From Negaprion brevirostris (lineage: Eukaryota), in assembly GCA_030324005.1 (NCBI GenBank), contig JARDVH010000160.1:16407204-16471203 (forward strand): DNA of 64,000 nucleotides, given 5' to 3'. Below are positions 48,751-62,500 of the stretch, one piece after another. How positions within the stretch are numbered: position 1 is the stretch's first letter; each line of letters starts with the position of its first letter. Under the pieces are notes generated by a model that was not told the origin of the DNA, searched no databases, and was given only the letters and a program-made list of their open reading frames with translations. The translations under genes were made by a program, and so were the position numbers.

Positions 48751-50559
48751 ATATTCCATCATTTTATACACAGCAGTTTTATCCAACATCAGAGGTGGTA
48801 AGAGTTTTAATTTCACATTTAAAGCTAAATATTTCAGTGACGTATTTACAAAGGGCACTAGGAAATCAGAAATTAAAACGGAAAATGCGAGAAAAACACT
48901 GCATGTCCATCAATACATGTAAAGAAAAACATAGGTATACTTTTCACATAGAAATAATTTGCAATTGCATTTTCTTTGTATTTGAAGTATCCATAATTAA
49001 GGTTTTAATATTCTAAAGCCAGGGTGTCCTTTCAACATGCTGCAATAGACTGGCAGTGATTGTGCACAATACCTCTTCCAGACTATAGATTGTTCAATCC
49101 ATTGCCAATGCATTGGCCAGTTCAATCTATCACATATGCTATCACTGTGCCAGAGATCAAACACCCATTTTCTAGTGAATAAGGCAAAACGTCACTTACC
49201 ATTTTGGTGCTGGTCCAGTTACAGATACCATCTGTTGTTGACAACTTCAATGAGATGTGAATTCTTCCACAATGCAGATCAATTCTGCTAAGCTGTTGTG
49301 AATTGCTTTTAATTCCTCTCAGCTTCATTTCTTATCTGTTATGGAAAATCACTTACAGCAACGTTACAATAATAGAACAGTGAAAATGATGACAGATAGG
49401 AAAAGTCACCATTAATTACATAGAACTTACAGCAGAAGCTAGATACAAGCCTTTGGACTCAATATTCCAGGCCTCTATTATTCTTCATACTAGCCTTCTC
49501 CCATCCTCTTCACCAAGCAGTATATCCTTCTATTTCTTTTGCCCTCATATACTGCCACTTAAATGTGACTATCAGCCTTAACTGTCCACTGTAATGTTGA
49601 GTTTCATTTTCAAATTACTCTCTGGATAAAGATGTTTTCCTGAATTCTCTATGCCATGCTCACAGATAACAATTATATGGTGTTATTCCTGCGCCCCCCC
49701 CCTCCGCTCCCAGACAAGCAGTTTTCAAATCAACAGAAAGTTTTTTTTTGTCTTCACTTTTTCATGAGATGTGGGCATTGCTGGCAAAGCCAGCATTTGT
49801 TGCCTTCCCTGATTGCCTTTGAACTGAGGGCAGTTAAAAGTCAACCTCAATTTCTGTGGGTCTAACACAGACCAGGTAAGGACGGCAGATTTCCTTCCCT
49901 AAAGGACATTAGCGAGCCAGATGGGTTTTTACAACCATTGCAAATAATTGACATGGTCACCATTTATGACTATCTTTTTTCTCCAGATTTATTAATTTAA
50001 TTTAAATCCTACCAGTTGCTGAGGGGGGATTTGAACCCATGTACCCAGAGCATTAGCATGGGGCCATGGATTACTAATCCAGTGACATTACCACCAATTG
50101 TTCCCAGTCATCCCTCCACTGTGAAGTCAACATATATTNNNNNNNNNTCACTCTTGACTGACAATTTTGTTTAAGAAATCATGGACTCCTATAATAAAAC
50201 AGAGGAGGCCATTTGGCCCATTGTACCAATGCCAGTTCTTTGAAAGTTCTTGAATTAATCTGCCCTTTCCCCAAAGACTTTCTTTCTCTTTAAGTACTGA
50301 TCCAATTCACCACCCTTTCAGTAAGTGTTTTTCAGATCACAACAACACAACAAAATGCATAATGTTTTACATAATGAGCTGATTGTCATACAACGAGATG
50401 ATTTCCGTATGTGGAAATAAAGGTATCAATATGCAGACATTTGAAGAGATCTCTGAGCCATACAGGCAAATTGACAGATATATCCAGTCTGCTCCGTAGA
50501 ATTGAGAGTTCTGAATTTCTGGTGTCCTTATCAATATCTACCTATATTGTTCTAATAAA

Positions 50560-50960
50560 ATGTCATTGACCTGAAATATAAACTTGTTTCTCCTTTCATA
50601 GGCACTACCTGACCAGCTGAGCAACACTGAACTTTGTTCAGAAAATGCTGGAAAATCTCAGGTCTCTCGAAACATTCTCCACCCACAGATGCTGTCGGAC
50701 CTGCTGAGATTTTCCATTTTTGTTTCAGAATCCAGCACCTGTAGTATTTTGCTTTTAACTGCACTTTTTCATTCTGTGCAGTCTGTTCATTTGAATATAC
50801 ATCTATAATTTTTTTGAGGAATATCTTAAAGGGAACAAGTCTGAGTGGCCTGCATAGTACTTTCTAGTTGCTGTGCAGTCACCAAGCTTACGTGCTACTG
50901 AGTATTTCCAACATTTTCTATTTTGTTTCAATTTACAGCATCCGCAATATTTTGTTTTTA
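50560..50960. mobile_element. Cluster of family B element fragments
   Basis: aaatgctggaaaatctcag ... cacagatgctgtcggacctgctgagattttcc at 50641-50760, with related pieces at ~50560-50630 and ~50895-50960. Confidence 0.6.
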
Positions 50961-51669
50961 GTCCTTGACTGTGCTATGGACTGGTGGGATCTGTAGTTGT
51001 GTCTCTAAATTCCCATAATACACATTTCCGGATCCTTTGGGGAAGATTTCAGATAGAATTGCTAGGGTGAAAGGAAAGATTATAGCGGCTTACAGGGCAA
51101 CTCTGGTGAACCTGTAAGCATATGACCATCTTTTCTTAAAGGGTAAAATTATACCACAATTGCTCACAGTAATCAGATGCAGCCTGTTAAGAACAGAATC
51201 AAGTCCTGAAACTCACCAGTGTGATTTGTGAACTACTGGGGAATCATAGACTGTCCTGGATGTCATACAACTTCAAGCTGGATTTTAAAATTGCTCAATT
51301 ATAAAATCTCTGCACTATTCTCATTTGCCCTTCAAATGTTTTGGTAGCACCAACAGCTTGCAAAACATTAAAAAAAATTGGTTTTAAGTGTTGCCTGTAT
51401 GTATTTGAACCGAGAACTTTTATGATAATGTAAAGTACGATTCAGCCTGCGCAACTCGGGTGCTGTTACTGCAATATTCTTTCCAGGTTCTGAACTTACA
51501 CTGATACTGCAACAACTGCAAGATGGTGAATGGATTACAAAATTTAATAAGGGAGAAATTGAGATTTCAGGATGTACGTCAATTGGTGGCAAGTTATCCT
51601 GCATTCAGATTACCAGATAATTCTCAATCAGGAATGAGTTATTGTTAGTGCTAGACTGTGATTATTCAA

Positions 51670-52390
51670 TTAGACCATAATATTTAGAGCAGAATTAGGT
51701 CATTCAGCCCTCAAATCTGCTCTGCCATTCATTCATGGCTGATAAGTTTCTTAACCCCATTCTCCTGCTTTTTCCCCTAACCTTTGAGCCCTTCACCTAT
51801 CAAGAACTTATCTCTATTTTAAGTACACTCAATGACCTGGCCTCCAGAGTCTTGTGTGGCAACAAATTCCACAGATTCACCACCCTCTGGCTGAAGAAAT
51901 TCCTTCTCATNNNNNNNNNNNNNNNNNNNNNNNNNNNNNNNNNNNNNNNNNNNNNNNNNNNNNNNNNNNNNNNNNNNNNNNNNNNNNNNNNNNNNNNNNN
52001 NNNNNNNNNNTGAAGAAATTCCTTCTCATCTCAGTTCTAATGGTCATCCCTCTACTTTGAGGCTGTGCCCACAGGTCCTAGTCTCTCCTACTATTGGAAA
52101 CATTTTCTCCATGTCCACTCTATTCAGGCCTTTCAATATTCTGTAAGTTTCAATGAGATCCCTCCCTCATCTTTCTAAACTCCATTGAGTACACACTTAG
52201 AATCCTCAAACGCTCTTCATGTCAAGCTTTTCATTCCTGCGATCATTTTTGTGAACCTCCTCTTGACTCTCTCCAAGGCCAGCACATCCTTCCTTAGATA
52301 TGGGGCCCAAATTGCTCGCAATCTTCAAAATGTGGTCTCACCTAAGTGTAATAAAGCCTCAGCAATACATCCTTGCTTTTGTATTCTAAT
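51670..52390 (-). mobile_element. CR1 LINE 3' fragment spanning a gap
   Basis: Reverse CR1 tail and ORF2 end (ttccacagattcaccaccctctggctgaagaaattcc). Similar fragments at 35030-35210, 35395-35670, 20380-20520, 22890-23050 and 30130-30395. Confidence 0.85.
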
Positions 52391-52876
52391 GTATGATTCC
52401 CATAGCACCTCAGCATATTTTATGCTTATATGAAACAGTGAACAATATATTTATTTTAAAATCAGGCTGAGATTGTTATAAAGTCAAAAGTGGTTCATGA
52501 AAAGTCAGTAATAATAATTTTCTCTTACATGGCTAATTTCCAAGTTGACACATCCAAAAATTATAAAACAATATTGAATCAAAATGATATTCAGTATAGT
52601 ATCTTTTTAAAGAAATATGGACAACAATCCTGCATTTATCAGCCAGTTAAAAACTTCATCCTTGTAAACCCTTTTCCCTGATCAAGCAGATACAGAAAAA
52701 TAAACTAAGATAAACAGGACTGAGAATGGGCCACATGTTGGGACCATGAAAATCTCATCACCCATTTGTTAAACCTTGTATTTACAGGTAAAAATAAAGA
52801 CTCAGGTGTCCAAGAGTAATTTCCAACATTAGTGAGGAATAAAAGACAAAAGTATTAGGCATTTTTTTCAACACTT

Positions 52877-52882
52877 TTTATT
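52877..52882 (-). terminator. Candidate distal polyadenylation signal for GRAMD1B
   Basis: Minus strand reads ...aaggtatgAATAAAaagtgttg, preceded by a U/GU-rich UTR-like tract. Confidence 0.5.
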
Positions 52883-54751
52883 CATACCTTGTGTCTACTT
52901 TACATTAACTTACATGTGGGTTGCCATAGTAACCTAAACTCTAGTAGGCAAGGTTATTAAAACTAAACCTGCGCACAGCGCAGAGTTTACAGTTAAGTTT
53001 CATATATGGAGATCAAAACAGTTCTAAAAAATGTACCTTATATTTGAATGCACATCGTGATACTTTGTTACATAATGTCAGGCATAGTCAAGCCACACAA
53101 TCCAATTTTACCTCATTCCATCTGATGATGGCTGCATAGCCTACAGGCTAGTGTTAGGTAGCATCAGATGTACATGCATCTCATTTAAAAAAGAAATATC
53201 TGCCTGGAGTGGGCACCATGTTTATTTCAACTAAATTACACTATAGTACAGCATCAATAGTTAGCAGAAACCCTATTCAATGGGAAGGTTCATTTCAAAA
53301 GGGGATTTTTCTTCAGCACCAGTTCATTCCCCATGCATTCTACAAAGTTTACTTAATTAAAATAATGGGATAATGGAATCAATTTGCATTTCCAATAGAA
53401 CTTCTACTGTCATCTTGTACACATGAAAAGCTTTTGCACATTCGTCAATTAGTAACATAGTAGAGCTAATAAAACAACAATTAGCTTCTTTTTAATGGAC
53501 TCCAACCGTTGCAGTAAATACATTAATTTGTTCAATTCCCCATGCACCTTGTCAGTTTAAAAATCCTAATGCAACGATCAATTACAACTACTTTTGTGAT
53601 TCTTCGCATTATTTAAAACCAAACGACAAGTGGAATGACCCACATGAGGCAGACACTGTCCCTTTTAAACTATCATATTCACATTTCAAAATCCTGTGAA
53701 ACAAGTGATCATCGTTCAATGTCTTGTAACACGACGGCAATCAGTTTAATAAAAAATTCTTACCACACAGTCTGAAAATGTACAGCCCATAAAACTCCCC
53801 TCAACAGCAAATTCCTTTAATGCATTTTGAATAATAAAGAGAATTCAACATTTTGACATCAGTATGATTTGACTCTGCAAGACTTTATATGGGCTGTCTA
53901 TTTTCTTCTGAAATAATACTATATTTGAGTTCAAGGAAAAGAAAACACAACAATACAGCTTCTACCTTGAGTAATAAGAATTAATGACGAGGATGACTGC
54001 TGTGCATTAACAGTACACGTAATTGATTTAACAAATAGGTGTGCAACAAAAACAACCATTGCAATGTATGCAGCAAGAAATGGTGAAAAAAGTAATTTCC
54101 ATAGCCTAAAAAGTCAGGTGCACCTATATTTGGGGGGGTGATTGGGGGGGTGGGGGGAGNNNNNNNNNNTGGCTGATGCCCCAACCAATCAGACTGGGGG
54201 GGTGGGGGCAGGCGGAGCACGAGCAGGTGGCTGGAGTGTAAGGCCAGGTCCCTGCATTAGATGTTCAGACCCAAGGTGCAACTGATATTCTCACAGGCCT
54301 CATTAACATTGCATGGTGAGCGGGTAAAAAAAAAATCTCACCAGCCCAGCAACGCTAGTCAGGCTGCTGTGACAAGACAGTTGATGGCTGAAAGAAGGTG
54401 ATCAGGTTGGAAGCAGTGGTCAGGGGTAGGATTGGGGGATGGTTCAGAGTAGGAGATAGCGCCAACAACCAATGTTGGAAAGCAGCAACTTTGAATGGAG
54501 TGAGGGCTGAGTGGGAGGAAGCAATGGCTGATATTCTTTTAATGTTGAACGTGGGGTCAGGAGCAGGATTCCCAACTCCTCCGACTTCCATATTCAGGTA
54601 AGTGAATTTTAAAGCTTAACTTGTTAGTTGCACAAGAACAGGTGGCGCCTTTTGGACTGCCTGCAGTGCTGCATGTAACATCTGTTTCACCTGAGTATAG
54701 CTGGTGCCAGCACTGGCTGACTCAGGACAAAAGAATACATAAGCAGCCTAC

Positions 54752-54960
54752 CGTAGATGCTGGAAATAGGAAATAAAAACAGGAAATGCTGGAAATACTC
54801 AGCAGGCCAGGTAGCATTTGTGGAGAGAAAAAAGAGTGTTAACATTTCAGGTCAATGATGTTTCATCAGATGAAAGACCTCCAAGCTGAAATGTTAAGTT
54901 TCTCCCCACCACAACTGCAAACTGGCTTGCTGATGTTTCCAGCATTTTCCATTTTTACTT
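54752..54960. mobile_element. Palindromic family B element within the probable GRAMD1B 3'UTR
   Basis: Inverted arms aaatgctggaaatactcagcaggcc...ggagagaaa / tttctcccc...ggcttgctgatgtttccagcatttt, with a central tttcatcagatgaaa. Confidence 0.7.
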
Positions 54961-57900
54961 TGGAATAAACCAATCTGCAGTGGGGCCCGAAGCAAAAGTT
55001 AGGCCCCTCATGAAAATATAATTTTTGATCTTTTCTAAAATGGCAAATTTCCATCTTGAAATGAGTGTGCACATTCTGCCTATCCGCTGTATTAAACTCA
55101 AGAGGCTGTGCGTCCAAATTTCTAGGGCCATACGCGAGAGGTAATACCACATAAAGGGCCACAAACAGCATAGCTCTTACTGCTATTAGAAATGGTGCTT
55201 AATTTACCTTGATCTGATTTTAGTTTCAGATTATGCTAAATTTGGGAATGACTGAAAGATGTATACTCAATCATGTTTAACCATAAAATGCAAAAACAAA
55301 GAGACAAAAGGTGGACAAAGTGCATGCCCCAAGAATTTGAATCTGAGTAAAAGAGGTAATGCATGTGCCAGTGGGTCCTAAACACTCAAGCACATTGCAT
55401 CTTTTGCAACAGTGGACATGATTTCTGCAAATGCATTGTAGCTCTAAGTAGTATCAATATATTGACATTTCAAAAATGCCACATGAATACAAAATGATTA
55501 GAAATAACTGCTTTCAAAATGTTTACTATAATTCAGTTGCCCAAACCTATTTTACCATTGCTCAATACTTTTAGAATTCTATTGGTCACCAGTTATTTTC
55601 AGGCACAGGGATCACTTTACCACCTCCATTACATTATGATTATTATATCATGGTAAAATACACTGTGCTACCTTCTAGAAAGGAATTTTGAAACATAATC
55701 AAATCATCCTTCACTCAAAAGTATCACTTGTTATGCAGATTAAACAAAGAAATAAAACAAACAGATAGCCAGTAAATTCCATCATGTAAATAAATACAAA
55801 AATCTACTTATATCAAATATCCAGTCGGATTTACTATTCCAACCCCGATATTGCTTTAAAATTTGTCCTAAAATCTTGGATGATCCTTGGATTAACATTT
55901 TACAACTTCTCAAACAAGATAGCCATAGGATACTTCGTAAGGGTAACCCACCAAGAATGGTGCTGCCCATCTATATTTTAAGCAAAACAATAGCTTAGTT
56001 CTGACGGGAGTAAATTTTTATTCTGACTGCTTCAACAATGTCATGTGAGGAGTTCAAATTTGATCCACAGACTATTACCCAGCCGTTGTACAGCAATTTA
56101 AATTCTGTGCATTTTATTCAAATGCACAAATCTCTTCTGATAGATACAGGCACGCACGCACAAACAAACTCACTCACCACACTCATGGCTAAATATACTC
56201 TCAGGCCCACATTATTATTTCTTGATCCTGACACTTTTCTCAAATACCACTCAACTGATTTTTGGTGTTACACATAATGTAAACTCTAAAAACAAAACGA
56301 ACCAAATGTGTCTTGGCTAGTTTAAAACCAAACAGTTTCAACTCATAATATGCTGGCAATCCTATACAATACCAAGCACAGACACAAAAATAGTACAACT
56401 TCTGTAAGCAACTGAACAGAGTGGAGATATCCAAAATTACTTTCCTGCAGTGCAAGTCTATTTTTTTTTACTAATTTTGAATTCCGTTCCATGAATTGAA
56501 AATATAAACTCAAATTTAAAGGCAACACAAAATGTAGCAATGAGCTCAGAATTAAAAAAAATAAGTTATTAATTTAGCACATAAAGGAAAAAGCCTGTGC
56601 TCATCAACATGATACTATATGGAGTGATCAAAAACACAAACCTATCAAATCTGATGAGTGACATTACTGCAAACCATCTGCTACTTGATTCTATCAGTCA
56701 CGTCGAATGTGGATGTGGTATGACCAAAAGCAAGCTGAGTGTGGTATTTATGAGAGTGACCTGTTCACAGAATAACATGATCCCATAATTAAGTTCAAAA
56801 TGGATTTGTCATTATTTATCAAAACATCCAAAGTTATTAGAATTGGTCATTGCCTTTTTCAATATTTCTTACGATTTAAGTGGATGGTGGAACTTAAATC
56901 GGACTACGCCTATCCTTAGAACAAACTATTGTGAGCTTATTGATAAATTGCACTGAAATATTCTGTCAGTAGGTGACAACAGTGCACTGGTATGTACTTG
57001 GGCATGTGTGTGCATACTTAGAATGCAAACAAATCTCTGATCTCACACATCTCNNNNNNNNNNCAATATTGTTATATAATTTCAGATTGATAACACAAAC
57101 TCTGAAGCTAATAGAAAGGTTTGTTCCGTTTAGAAAGCAACTTTTTAAGTCATTTCAGTCATATTAAAGCACCTTATGTTTGATATCAAATCTTACTGTC
57201 TCTGACTGCATTGAAATGGTACATATTGGCAGCTATGTTGTGAATCTAGCAATTATCCACACAGGAACACTCTCAAGTAAGATGTGCTTAGGGAGTTAGT
57301 TGCTGGAGTCCAGTTTCTTTCAAAACCCTAAAGTACATAGTTCTTCCTCCAGATTTCATTACAAGTCTTTGAAATTTCAGTTTTCACAAGACTCATAAAA
57401 TAGCATTAATACAATCCACAGTTCTGGGGAAAACCAAGTTACCATAAATTTCATGTGAAAAACATCCGATGACATGTTTTACGAGTCAGTCAGAATTCAA
57501 CCTCCACTCCTTTCAATTTGTCCCAACAAATTTTAAACACATTAGGTCAGGGCAGCCCATTGAAATGAATGCTCACAATACTGGTCAGTCTTCTAACAAA
57601 ATGAAAAAGCATATCCAATTCAGCACCTATCAACCATTGCACTATACTTTTCAATTCTGTCAGCTCATAGACAAGCACAATAATATATTATAAATAAACT
57701 ATTTAAATATCATTTTTGGACTATATTAGTCAGAGATCATTTATTCCATCACAAACAGTTCACAGATGAGCATTCAATTCCGGGATCCCATTTTTGATAA
57801 TTGTATCCTAATGGGCCATATTGTTTTCAGAATTCACATTGAATTTGTTTTATTCTTGTACAAAGAGTGGATAGTTATCTACCAATGTCTCCTTAAAGTG

Positions 57901-59254
57901 TCAGCATGCACAAATTCAATGATGATATTGGGGCTTGAGTGGATTAAAGTGCTTGGCTGTTGTCACTTCATTTTATTAACTCTCTGCCCCTATTCCATCG
58001 AGCAGCATGAGTGTTCCTGCACCATGCTCTTGTTATCACAAATATCTCTGTTCTAATGAGCCAATCACATTGAAATTTGGTCACTACAGATTATATCCTT
58101 GACTCCTCTGTATTTAGCATGCACAGAGTAAATTTTCTGTTCTCTAGAGAGAGACTTCAAAAAAATGGCAACTCAGGCCAAATCCATAACTTTCTTTTAA
58201 TGAAGTGTGGCTCATTGATTCCTGTTGGGAAATGAAAACTCATTGTCAGACAGGGGCAACATTATATGTGTATATAAAAAAATTGTACTAATATGTAGTT
58301 TTTCAAGTTTCTACGATACAACTGTAGAAATAAAAACTGACATGCCATACTGCTGCAGCACAGCTAAACGTGCCAACACACATCTCAGCTGCCTTGCACT
58401 TCCCTGCAACTGCCTCAGCATGTTAATGGTACTGATGATGAAACTCTCATCTGCAACTAACTGTTACCATTTCAACAAAGAACACGGAATGCTTCACAGT
58501 CAGGTTCCACACATGCACTCTGCGAGCATCAGGTGAGAAATCTGCAGCTTTTAGACATGCTGTAATGAGAGTTACAGAAGAGACACACTTTTGCCCTATA
58601 TATTCTGGGACCTGCCTATGATAGATTGTTTAGTCTGTATTTACAATAATAAATATCTAAGTCAGTCCATCAGGATTCCAGTTACTTTCTGTAGTTTTTT
58701 TTCAATTTTCTATTATACAACTGTAGAACTAAAAACTGATCAGACTGACATGCCATACTTCTGCAAGTCATTTGTAACTTAGAATGTCTTCAAGTTTTAT
58801 CAATACAGATATTCACAGTTTCTTTTTCCATTCACTCTGAGCCAGAATCAATACATTTGATTAATTTTGTTAATAATGTGTATAAGTGGTGTTTTCACAG
58901 GCACAATGGCCTGTAATAATTTCAAGATCCTCACCCTGCTCCTGTTTGATGAATACCTTAAATACAGAGCACACTGGACTTCAATTACATGTCTTCCACA
59001 ACAGAGACAGCCCAAAGATTATTACATGCATTTGTTACATGTTAAAGCTTACAGTACAACATTCTAGGATTTACAACATGAGTGTGTAGGCAGATTAGCG
59101 TGGCTGCTGTCTTCCCATGATGCTTCAGTGCTGTCAGAGCCTAGTTCTGCTGCAGTTTCTACTCGGTACAGGATCTTGATTTTGTCAATTTTGATTCCAC
59201 TGACTGGGCAGCAGTCTGGAGGTCCAACTCAGCCTGTGGTTCCAGTGTCTTTTT

Positions 59255-59297
59255 TAATATATATATATATATTTATATAATTTATATATATCTATAT
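59255..59297. repeat. (TA)n-rich microsatellite just after the GRAMD1B stop
   Basis: aatatatatatatatatttatataatttatatatatctata. Confidence 0.85.
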
Positions 59298-59333
59298 TGC
59301 ACACTATTCCCTCTTCGGCCTTTGTAATGCCCA

Positions 59334-59420
59334 TCAGTGAAACCGATCTCGCTTGTCTGTTTCAGAACTGTAATCACGCAAACCGATGCCCTTTTGTAGA
59401 GTTATTAACGAGTCTCTCAT
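59334..59420 (-). CDS. GRAMD1B: GRAM domain-containing 1B, last coding exon and stop
   Basis: Minus strand catcctacag|ATG AGA GAC...CAC TGA = MRDSLITLQKGIGLRDYSSETDKRDRFH*, compared with human MKDSLINLQNGIRSRDYTSESEEKRNRYH*. Confidence 0.95.
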   Translation of the reverse strand: MRDSLITLQKGIGLRDYSSETDKRDRFH

Positions 59421-60969
59421 CTGTAGGATGAATTTTTAAAAAAATAGATGAAATTCCATAGTCTTTCTGAGCATCTCAATTTTCAGCATCATATTCACAT
59501 AAGGGGGTCTGAATGCAGCCTGGCTGAGGGCCAGGTCTTCAGGATGAAGCAGATGCCCAGATTCCATTTCTGCCAACATAATGTACATTTTTAACAAAGG
59601 TAGTGTATATTAAAGGGAAGCATCAGTGCTGATGGCACCCTAACTGAATCAGGGATAAAACTGAAGCAACAGTTTTCATGAAGAACCATTTGCTAAACAC
59701 TTTAGGGATGATTTGTGAGGCAAACATCATTCAGGTAGTATTCTTTAAAGATCAGTTCCACTACTTGGTAGTAGTTTCTTCACAGATTCTTCTACAGCCT
59801 TGACATTTGAATGGAAACGCGGGAAAAATTCTGATTAGGGAGACGCAACAATGTTAAAATTTAATAACAGCTAAATATGCAATAACTTTCCTCATGCTAA
59901 TAGCTTAGTGCAAATCATTTTACAGACTTTGCAAGGGTTAATCCTTCATCACATCAGACTGAGATGAAATTTTGAACTGACAATCTCTGGCAAGCAGGAA
60001 ATGGGCAGATTCAGAATCACAAATCTCTCATCAGCTTCAGCAGTTATTTTTGTAAAGGCCAGATTGACATGGATGTAAAGAGTTTCAGGATTCACGGCTG
60101 CTGAGATGTGTGCAGCCACGTGTTTAAGATGCAGAACGTGATCACGTAAGTTTTCACTCCAGTAAAGTCTGCAGATATGAAAATCTGTTCCCTTAAATTT
60201 ATTGGATTTTGTATTTAGAACAAAGATGATGTTGGTGCTGGCAAGTGGAACACTTATTCATTTCAGTCACCTAAGTTGACTTTCCCAATGGGCCTGTTGT
60301 GCCAAGAGTGGAAAGCTAGTAGAAGCTATGCTCTACTGCATCACCATCTTCCTGCCATTTGCTGCTGACCTAGTCTGATAAAATGTAGGTTGTAGTGTTA
60401 CAAGCAAGCACACGTAGGCCATGCACAATCTGCACAGACCTGCTAAAGTTCTACCCAATAATATATTTCAGTGCTAATGTCAGAGAAGCACCTCATTGCA
60501 TCAAGTGTGTCATTTTTAATTTGCTAGCCTCCTGGGGCCCCTCTGAGAGCGGATGACAATTTAATGATAATTCATGCCAATTTGGGTGCAGTTTATGAGT
60601 CACTGAGGAGTGAATGAAGGCTCCCCAAGTTAATTTTATATACAATGTTTCAAACCAATAGCCAGTAGAGACTTTCACCTCAGTGTGGACTTGCTCCCAG
60701 AACCCAGAGATCAAAAGCCAGTGAACAAAGGACTAATTGCTCAGCCCTCCATAATGATGATATGATAGAAAATTGGTTTAGGGTTAATAATGCATTGTAA
60801 TATGGCATAAAAATGCAAACATTTGTAGTCAACTCTTATTGTCTTTTAAAAATACTACTGGGAGCATGGAACGTACTTGAGTAAATTTTCAAAACACCAC
60901 TGAGTCTTGGCCCACTGACGGAGCTTCAGTGGTCCCAATGCTTGCATTAGTAAATAAGAAATAAGTCAC

Positions 60970-61090
60970 CTGATCTAGAAGTACTACTGATGATTTTAAA
61001 ATCTCTCTCCATTTCTGTAGTTCAGTATCATGGTAACGCTGTTGTGACTCTAATAACTGGGCCCACTCCACCTGTGACTGGGGAAGTTTG
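60970..61090 (-). CDS. GRAMD1B: GRAM domain-containing 1B (Aster-B), penultimate coding exon
   Basis: Minus strand ttccatacag| ... CAG|gtgact; 121 bp. KLPQSQVEWAQLLESQQRYHDTELQKWREILKSSVVLLDQ, matching recalled human LPQSQTEWAQLLESQQKYHDTELQKWREIIKSSVMLLDQ. Confidence 0.96.
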
Positions 61091-61989
61091 CTGTATGGAA
61101 GAAAAGAAACAAGTAAAAGGCTTTGGCTGTGCCAGTACTTCCAGCCTAACCAGATTACGTACAGGATCACAGAATTTCTAACGCAAATTACACTATGTGC
61201 AAGTCAGATTTCTGTGACTATTTGTGCTGGTTTAAGAAACTAGCCATTCCAACAGAAACTGATAGCCGAAAATTTCCCCAGGGAAATCATAGTGAGTGAG
61301 GCAGAAAGTTTGGTGGACCATTTAAAGGTTCATTGAACTCGGGTGGGAATTTCTGGTCTTGGGGTGTGCGCAGCTGGAAAATTCCATCCTATGTCTCTGG
61401 TCAACTTAATCACTATAACAAGTTTTCATTAATTTCACTCATTTGTAACCCCTCAAGCTGACTTTTAAAATTAAACTTTTTTACGAGAACTTTAAAGATT
61501 TTTAAAAAAATTATAAAGTATTTAATTTACCTCAAAACTAAGAACACATCATTCAGATGGTACATCACACTGCATTGTTTCCACTAAGTCATTTTTAGTT
61601 ATTTAAAATTAGGTTATAAGTGGTAAACTAAACAATTCCAATTAAAAATGTTCAGTTTTATGACAAACACATATTCAGCTGNNNNNNNNNNNNNNNNNNN
61701 NNNNNNNNNNNNNNNNNNNNNNNNNNNNNNNNNNNNNNNNNNNNNNNNNNNNNGCCAACACTGCATCAAAAAAAAGCAGTAGAGTTCAGCAACTGCTGAA
61801 GTCATTATTTTACACAGTCTCATATAAGTGGGCTCTGTCAGGAGAAAAATATAGACAATACCTCTCCTGGAGCCTGATCCCATGCCACGTAGTGAGACTC
61901 TGTGTTGTATATTCCAACATCCATAGCTTATAAAATAACATCATATTCAGAAATACTAGTAACACCAAGCTGTGGAGAGAACAACAGTT

Positions 61990-62500
61990 AACATAAGAAC
62001 TAGGAGTAGGAGTTGGTCATATCGCTCTTTGAGCCTGCTTCATCGTTCAATACAATTGCAGCTGATCTTCTGCCTCAATTCTACATTTCACTACTATCCT
62101 CCCCATATTCCTTAATTAGTTTAGCATCCAAATATCTATTAATCTCTGTCTTGAATATACTCAAATTACTGAACATCCACAACTCTCTGGGATAGAGAAT
62201 TCCAAAAATCTGTAAGCATTTGAGTGAAGAACTTTCTTCTCATCTCAGGCCTAAAAGGCTGACCTCTCATTCTGAGACTACGACACCCAATTCTGGCCTG
62301 CCTAGGTGGCTCAATCTAGAGAAGATTTGTTCCACTCCTTGTAAGACAAGTACATTCTTTTTTAAGTAAGGAGACCAAAACTGTGTATACTAGTCCAGTT
62401 CTGCTCTCACTAAGGTTCTATTTGATCCCAATAAGACTTCTTCATTCTTACATTCCCTTTGTAATAATCACTAATGTAACATTTTCTTTCTTAATTGACC
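61990..62500 (-). mobile_element. CR1 LINE 3' fragment in GRAMD1B intron
   Basis: acataagaactaggagtaggag...gagaattccaaa...tttcttctcatctcag...ggagaccaaaactg. Confidence 0.8.

Larger units (their letters stand above)
52860..59333 (-). other. GRAMD1B: Probable ~6.5 kb 3'UTR of GRAMD1B
   Basis: Continues from the stop codon through mostly TE-poor AT-rich sequence to a minus-strand AATAAA (plus-strand tttatt, 52877-52882). Earlier poly(A) sites are possible. Confidence 0.55.

Noticed and set aside
51891-52030. tgaagaaattccttctcat duplicated either side of a 100-N gap
   Set aside because: Typical contig-overlap artefact within a CR1 fragment.
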